This document shows positions 9,338 to 14,242 of a stretch of DNA of 14,242 nt, piece after piece. The notes beneath the pieces were generated by a model, which was not told where the DNA came from, did no database searches, and worked only from the letters and a program-made list of their open reading frames with translations. Position 1 is the stretch's first letter; each line of letters begins with the position of its first letter. The stretch spans positions 1 through 14,242 of the forward strand of contig CAYVSA010000051.1 of the NCBI GenBank assembly GCA_964454175.1, in the 5' to 3' direction. The position numbers were made by a program, and so were the translations under genes. This DNA is from an uncultured Pseudomonadota bacterium. GTDB taxonomy: Bacteria > BMS3Abin14.

Positions 9338-10662
9338 TGGAATATCTGCCAGCCTGGATGTTCCTTGCCCTGACCATCCTCCTGATGTTCGGGTTCCCCG
9401 TCACCTTCACGCTCATGGGCACGGCCCTCACCTTCGGCCTGATCGGTTTTGGCTGGTCCTTTTTCTCGCTGTTGCCTCTCAGGATATGGGGGATAATGAC
9501 AAACGTCACCCTGCTGGCGGTGCCGTTGTTCGTCTTCATGGGAGTAATGCTGGAGCGTTCCGGACTGGCTGAAGAGCTTTTAGATACTATGGGTCTGCTG
9601 TTCGGGAGAATACGTGGCGGCCTGGCAGTTTCGGTAGTGATAGTGGGGGCCCTTCTGGGGGCTTCAACAGGGATTGTCGGGGCTACGGTGGTGACCATGG
9701 GTCTTCTGGCAGTCCCGACAATGCTGAAAAGAGGCTACCAGAAGGAGCTTGCCACCGGTACCGTCTCAGCCGCTGGAACACTGGGACAGATCATCCCGCC
9801 AAGCATAGTGCTTGTTCTAATAGGCGATATTGTCGGCGTACCTGTTGGGGACCTCTTCATGGGGGCGGTCTTCCCGGGCCTTATTCTAGTTGGTCTTTAC
9901 ATCTTCTACATCCTGCTGATCTCGTGGTTGAAACCGGAGTGGGCGCCTCCGATCCCCGAAAGCGAACTGGCACAGCTTACGCCGAAGGTCATGGCGGCAA
10001 AGGTCATGCGGGCCCTGGTTCCCACCCTCCTGCTGATGGTGGCAGTCCTTGGCTCCATCTTTGCCGGGATAGCATCTCCCACCGAAGCTGCCGCTGTAGG
10101 GGCCGTAGGTGCTACCGGTCTGACGGTTTTAAACCGCAAGTTCAGCATTAAGATCCTGCGGGAGGTGATGGATTCGACCCTCATCCTCACGTGCATGGTC
10201 TTCATTATTCTGGTTGGCGCCGCTGCGTTCGGCCTGGTATTCCGCGGCCTTGGAGGAGACGACCTGGTGAGGGGATTCCTTTCAGGAATCGCCGAGCACC
10301 ACGGCAGATGGTTCGTCATGTTCATTGTCATGGCCCTGATATTCGTTATAGGGTTTTTCCTGGACTTTATCGAGATCACTTTCATCCACGTTCCTGTTCT
10401 GGCACCGATCATGATCGACTTCGGTTTCGACCCGGCGTGGTTCTGTATCTTACTGGCAGTAAACCTTCAGACCTCCTTCATGACGCCGCCCTTCGGGTTC
10501 TCCCTTTTCTACCTCAAAGCCGTAACTCCGCCCGAAATAAAGACCGGTCATATCTACAAGGGCATCATACCCTTTGTAATATTCCAGCTGATAGGGCTCT
10601 TGATAGTTGCATTTTTCCCGATCCTGGTGACCTGGCTGCCCAAGGTGGTTTTCGGGAACTGA
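9334..10662 (+). CDS. dctM: TRAP transporter large permease subunit
   Basis: LAVPLFVFMG, GGLA, GTLGQIIPPS, SPTEAAAVGA and NLQTSFMTPPFG. Highly hydrophobic, 442 aa. Confidence 0.95.
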   Translation: MMEYLPAWMFLALTILLMFGFPVTFTLMGTALTFGLIGFGWSFFSLLPLRIWGIMTNVTLLAVPLFVFMGVMLERSGLAEELLDTMGLLFGRIRGGLAVSVVIVGALLGASTGIVGATVVTMGLLAVPTMLKRGYQKELATGTVSAAGTLGQIIPPSIVLVLIGDIVGVPVGDLFMGAVFPGLILVGLYIFYILLISWLKPEWAPPIPESELAQLTPKVMAAKVMRALVPTLLLMVAVLGSIFAGIASPTEAAAVGAVGATGLTVLNRKFSIKILREVMDSTLILTCMVFIILVGAAAFGLVFRGLGGDDLVRGFLSGIAEHHGRWFVMFIVMALIFVIGFFLDFIEITFIHVPVLAPIMIDFGFDPAWFCILLAVNLQTSFMTPPFGFSLFYLKAVTPPEIKTGHIYKGIIPFVIFQLIGLLIVAFFPILVTWLPKVVFGN

Positions 10663-10861
10663 TCTTCAGATGCACAGCCATGGTGAGATAAGGATCGGTT
10701 TTGGACCTCAACAAAAAAATCCTTGCTTAAGGGAGGGGAAATCTAATATTTTCAGAGAAGGGGGGAAACCTGGATTTTCAAGGGTAGGGGCCGTTGATTA
10801 AACTACGGGGAATCACGGGCCTGTTCTTAAGCGATCCCGGCAGGAAAGGATGTAGTGATCT

Positions 10862-11968
10862 ATGAAGAGAAGAGATTTTTTGAAGAAGACCGGTAAGGCC
10901 ACCGCGGCTGCTGTTGCGGCTTCGACGGTGGCGGCACCCAAGGTCTGGGCAAAGGGTAAAACCTACAACTGGAAGATGGTCACCACCTGGCCGCCAAACC
11001 TGCCGGTGCTCCAGACGGGCGCAGTCCGTTTCGCCAAGAGAGTGGAAGAGGTAACCGGAGGCAGGATCAAGATCAAGGTGTTCGCAGGCGGTGAGCTGGT
11101 CCCGCCCCTGGGCGTGTTCGATGCGGTTTCTGCCGGTTCGGTGGAGGTGGGCAGCGGAGCGTCATATTACTGGGCCGGCAAGGCCCCGGCGGCGCAGTGG
11201 TTTGCCGCGGTGCCCTTCGGATTCAATCCCCAGGGTATTAACGCCTGGTTCTACAGTGGCGGAGGCCTCGAGCTGTGGGAAGAGGTCTACGCGCCCTTTA
11301 ACGTAGTTCCCAGGCCACAGGGGAATACGGGTGTCCAGATGGGCGGGTGGTTCCGCAAGAAGATGGAGAGCATCAGTGACTACAAGGGCCTGAAGATGAG
11401 GATCCCGGGTCTGGGCGGAAAGGTTATCGCCAAGGCTGGTGGAACAGTGGTTCTCCTTCCCGGCGGCGAGATCTTCACCTCCCTGGAAAGAGGCGTCATT
11501 GACGCTACCGAGTGGGTCGGCCCAATGCACGACCTCCGCATGGGCTTTTACAAAGCTGCCAAGTACTACTACTATCCAGGCTGGCATGAGCCGGGAACAT
11601 GCCTCGAGGTCATGTTCAACAAAAAGGCCTACGATGGCCTGCCAAGCGACCTGAAAATGGCCCTCGATGCGGTCGCCGCGGAGACGAACATGTGGAGCCT
11701 GTGCGAATTCGAGGCTGGCAACGGCGCCGCCCTCCAGGAACTTATCAGTAACCACAACGTGAACCTGGTTCGCTTTCCCGAGCCGCTGCTTAACGACCTG
11801 CGTAAGCTGGCCAATGAAACGCTGGAAGAAGAGGCCAACAAGGACGCCATGTCCCGCAAGGTCCACGAGGCCTTCAAGAAGTTCAAGGCCCAGGTGGGAG
11901 TCTGGGGCACGGTTTCCGAGAACGCCTACTACAACGTCATCGCGGATAAGTACAAGCTGAAGATGTAA
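10862..11968 (+). CDS. dctP: TRAP substrate-binding protein, TakP-like (2-oxoacid/monocarboxylate group), Tat-exported
   Basis: Twin-arginine signal MKRRDFLKK; WKMVTTWP, YYWAGK, GNTGVQMGGWF, KMRIPG (conserved carboxylate-binding Arg), EWVGP and YYYPGWHEP. Confidence 0.93.
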   Translation: MKRRDFLKKTGKATAAAVAASTVAAPKVWAKGKTYNWKMVTTWPPNLPVLQTGAVRFAKRVEEVTGGRIKIKVFAGGELVPPLGVFDAVSAGSVEVGSGASYYWAGKAPAAQWFAAVPFGFNPQGINAWFYSGGGLELWEEVYAPFNVVPRPQGNTGVQMGGWFRKKMESISDYKGLKMRIPGLGGKVIAKAGGTVVLLPGGEIFTSLERGVIDATEWVGPMHDLRMGFYKAAKYYYYPGWHEPGTCLEVMFNKKAYDGLPSDLKMALDAVAAETNMWSLCEFEAGNGAALQELISNHNVNLVRFPEPLLNDLRKLANETLEEEANKDAMSRKVHEAFKKFKAQVGVWGTVSENAYYNVIADKYKLKM

Positions 11969-12003
11969 TACCAGTCCGCGAAAAGTAACGTTACAGTAAA
12001 ATA

Positions 12004-12043
12004 AAAGGCCCCCGGTCATTTTGGATCGGGGGTCTTTGTGTTT
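12004..12043 (+). terminator. Intrinsic terminator after dctP
   Basis: AAAGGCCCCCGGTC-ATTTTG-GATCGGGGGTCTTT stem-loop (two G-U pairs) followed by GTGTTT. Confidence 0.8.
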
Positions 12044-12095
12044 GAGCTTTCTGTAGGCTACAATTGAACAGCGGAGGGAGGTCTGGAGGCAAGAT

Positions 12096-12728
12096 ATGGA
12101 AAAACATCTCATTTACGTCGCCGATCCAATGTGCTCCTGGTGCTGGGGGTTTTCCCCTGTCGTTGAGTCCATCAGAGAAAAGTTCGGTGAGGAACTTTCG
12201 TTTCTCATGGTCATGGGAGGCCTCAGGCCGGGGACTAGCGATGCTATGGACGATTCAGGCAAAAAAATGATCAGGGAGCACTGGGGACATGTGCTGGAAA
12301 GGACCGGTCAGCCCTTTGACTTTGCCTTCTTTGACAGGGAGGGATTCGTCTACGACACGGAACCTCCATCGAGGGCAGTTGTATCTGCACGCCACACCAG
12401 TATGGATGCGGCTTTCGGTCTTATGAAACGCATCCAGAAGGCTTTTTACGCCGAAAACCGGGATGTGACGGACGGTGAGATACTCTGTGATCTTGCTGTG
12501 GAGGGAGGAATTGACAGAGTAGCGTTCAAGGATCTTTTCGACTCAGATATTCTCAGGGAAGAAACTCAAAACGATTTTATCTCTGCACGGGGAGCCGGGA
12601 TAAACGGGTTCCCGGCCCTTATCGCGGGAAGTGAATCTGAAGGCTACGAGGTAATCACTATTGGCTACCGGCCGTGGGACGAGGTCAAGGGACTGATAGA
12701 GTCCTGGCTGGCAGATGAAGGTGGGTAA
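12096..12728 (+). CDS. DsbA/FrnE-family thioredoxin-fold protein (cytoplasmic)
   Basis: DPMCSWCWGF (CxxC), cis-Pro loop GINGFP, no signal peptide. GGAGG SD upstream. Confidence 0.92.
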   Translation: MEKHLIYVADPMCSWCWGFSPVVESIREKFGEELSFLMVMGGLRPGTSDAMDDSGKKMIREHWGHVLERTGQPFDFAFFDREGFVYDTEPPSRAVVSARHTSMDAAFGLMKRIQKAFYAENRDVTDGEILCDLAVEGGIDRVAFKDLFDSDILREETQNDFISARGAGINGFPALIAGSESEGYEVITIGYRPWDEVKGLIESWLADEGG

Positions 12729-13007
12729 AGGGGTAGGGGAGTAAGGGAGTTTGGGGGTAAGGTCAGTCTAAAGTCCAAGGTCCAGTATCGAAAAGGATAT
12801 TAGGCATAAATTCCTCTCCCTTGACGGGAGAGGTCAGGAGAGGGTGGTAATATATTGGCGTATTTAAGTATCGAGGTGTAGAAGTGTTTGAAGTTGAAGT
12901 CAGAATCGGACAACTGCTGTTTAACTCCTGATTCCTTGCTCCCTTTTGTTACAGAACTGGAAACCAGAAATTAGAAACCAAAAACTCCAGCCGAAGTTTG
13001 GCGGATC
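12723..13007. repeat. Composite intergenic repeat block
   Basis: G-tracts (12723-12757), GTCCAAGGTCC (12773-12783), CCTCTCCC-TTGAC-GGGAGAGG hairpin (12813-12833), octamer array (about 12861-12895) and GAAACCA/GAAATTA heptamers (12960-12987). Confidence 0.75.
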
Positions 13008-13017
13008 TTGGATCTAC

Positions 13018-13187
13018 GGTGTCAGAGCAAATACTATTAAATATATTCTGACACCATATTATCATACCAGGTACTTGATTGAGTGCAATACGATAGTTCT
13101 AAAAATATCGTATTATACGATCTAACCACCTTAAATTAAACGACAAAATACCATTGACATTTTAATAATATATGGTGTCAGAGCAAA
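13018..13187. repeat. GGTGTCAGA / TCTGACACC inverted and direct repeat cluster
   Basis: GGTGTCAGAGCAAA at 13018-13031 and 13174-13187; TCTGACACCATAT at 13047-13059. Confidence 0.85.
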
Positions 13188-13213
13188 AATAGATACAAGG
13201 GGATTTCATGTAA

Positions 13214-13696
13214 ATGAGGCATGTATCTGTCTGTTTACTGATAGCTTTGGTTCTTACGGCGTGTTCTTTTTCCGAAAAGACAATTTCGAAGCCACAGGAG
13301 GTTCTCGGTGTAACACTGGGAGGGTCCCTCGAGGAGTTGAAGGAAGCCTACATCGAGAGGAAATTATCTCTCACTAAAACTACTGGCGGAGGATACGGCT
13401 CTTCCGACGCACTACAGCCTGTCGGTGCCATTAAGATCAAGAGAGTTGAATACCAGTTCTCATCCGGCGTTCTTGACAGCATAGAGTTAACCTTTGACAG
13501 GTCAGCTGCTAGTGACATTGAGAAATTCATCGACAGAGAGTATTCCTACGACTCAGTCAAGCGCAGGGAGTTCGAGGACAGGCTCCGTTTTGTCGGCAAT
13601 ATTGGAGATGATGACCATGTCTGGTTCCTGGAAAGTATGGGGGTCGTACTTCGTGCTGAAAAAAATGAGATTCTGCTTATCTACAGCTTGAAATAG
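13214..13696 (+). CDS. Hypothetical lipoprotein (160 aa)
   Basis: MRHVSVCLLIALVLTAC has a hydrophobic core and an L-T-A-C lipobox. AAGGGGA SD upstream. Confidence 0.8.
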   Translation: MRHVSVCLLIALVLTACSFSEKTISKPQEVLGVTLGGSLEELKEAYIERKLSLTKTTGGGYGSSDALQPVGAIKIKRVEYQFSSGVLDSIELTFDRSAASDIEKFIDREYSYDSVKRREFEDRLRFVGNIGDDDHVWFLESMGVVLRAEKNEILLIYSLK

Positions 13697-13751
13697 GGCA
13701 AAAGTATTACGGCCCCGGATTTTCCAAAAAAAATTACCGTGGGAATTGAGG

Positions 13752-14105
13752 ATGCGCGAAGACATTGATCTGAAGTATTATAAAAACCTGCTGGAGGAAC
13801 GTAGAAAAATTATCCTCGCGGGCAGGAGAATGCGCAAGGAAGGCTCGAGGACTGTTGAGCTTGACCAGAGCAGAGTGGGACGGTTATCGAGGATGGATGC
13901 TCTACAGCAGCAGGCCATGGCAAAGGCAACCGATGAACGGGCTGATATCGAATTGCTTCAGATAGAAGGCGCACTTGGCAGGATAAAAGCAGGAGAATAC
14001 GGTTACTGTATCAAGTGCGGAAAGGACATTGCCGAGGGGCGGCTGAGGGTGGACTCCGGAGTTCTGACCTGTATCGAATGCGCCGAGAAGGCCGAGAGGC
14101 CATAA
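13752..14105 (+). CDS. TraR/DksA-family C4 zinc-finger protein
   Basis: Coiled-coil with tip LDQSRVGRLSRMDALQQQAM, then ALGRIKAGEYGYCIKCGKDI...RL...CIECA. Alternative start is TTG 13746. Confidence 0.92.
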   Translation: MREDIDLKYYKNLLEERRKIILAGRRMRKEGSRTVELDQSRVGRLSRMDALQQQAMAKATDERADIELLQIEGALGRIKAGEYGYCIKCGKDIAEGRLRVDSGVLTCIECAEKAERP

Positions 14106-14136
14106 GAAAAGCGGTGTCAAAGCACACTGTCTTATA

Positions 14137-14165
14137 TTGACATGCCTCCTCTTGTTGACTATAGT
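14137..14165 (+). promoter_or_regulatory. sigma70 promoter of tRNA-Thr
   Basis: TTGACA (14137-14142), 17-nt spacer, TATAGT (14160-14165), followed by GC-rich CTGCC, 15 nt before the tRNA. Confidence 0.85.
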
Positions 14166-14180
14166 CTGCCTTGCCAAAAC

Positions 14181-14242
<62 letters not shown>

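Noticed and set aside
11162-12112. 316-aa minus-strand ORF
   Set aside because: Antisense to the strongly codon-biased dctP and crosses its terminator; a typical shadow frame.

Overview
This is bacterial chromosomal DNA that looks mostly housekeeping. Gene content and repeat style suggest a deltaproteobacterium-like anaerobe, which is an inference only. On the minus strand are a methionine-biosynthesis operon (metY-metX-metW) and, downstream, a divergent GlpK-like FGGY kinase. The rest of the window holds three small hypothetical genes, a nitroreductase converging on an MFS transporter, a TRAP transporter in dctQ-dctM-dctP order (Tat-exported TakP-like binding protein), a cytoplasmic DsbA/FrnE-family protein, a lipoprotein, a TraR/DksA zinc-finger protein and a tRNA-Thr(CGT) cut off by the window end. 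I saw no transposase, integrase or CRISPR array. The best candidate for something undescribed is the ~340-nt metY leader. It has no SAM riboswitch that I can recognise, but it carries a 42-aa ORF ending in Met-Tyr-Ser-Cys-Ala-Met, two mutually exclusive hairpins over those codons and the stop, and a duplicated Shine-Dalgarno with an anti-SD. That layout resembles a Met/Cys-sensing translational attenuator, but it is a hypothesis from manual reading. Other points of interest are a modular intergenic repeat family at four loci, a GGTGTCAGA inverted/direct repeat cluster, a possible degenerate GIY-YIG-like protein and substituted substrate-binding motifs in the kinase.
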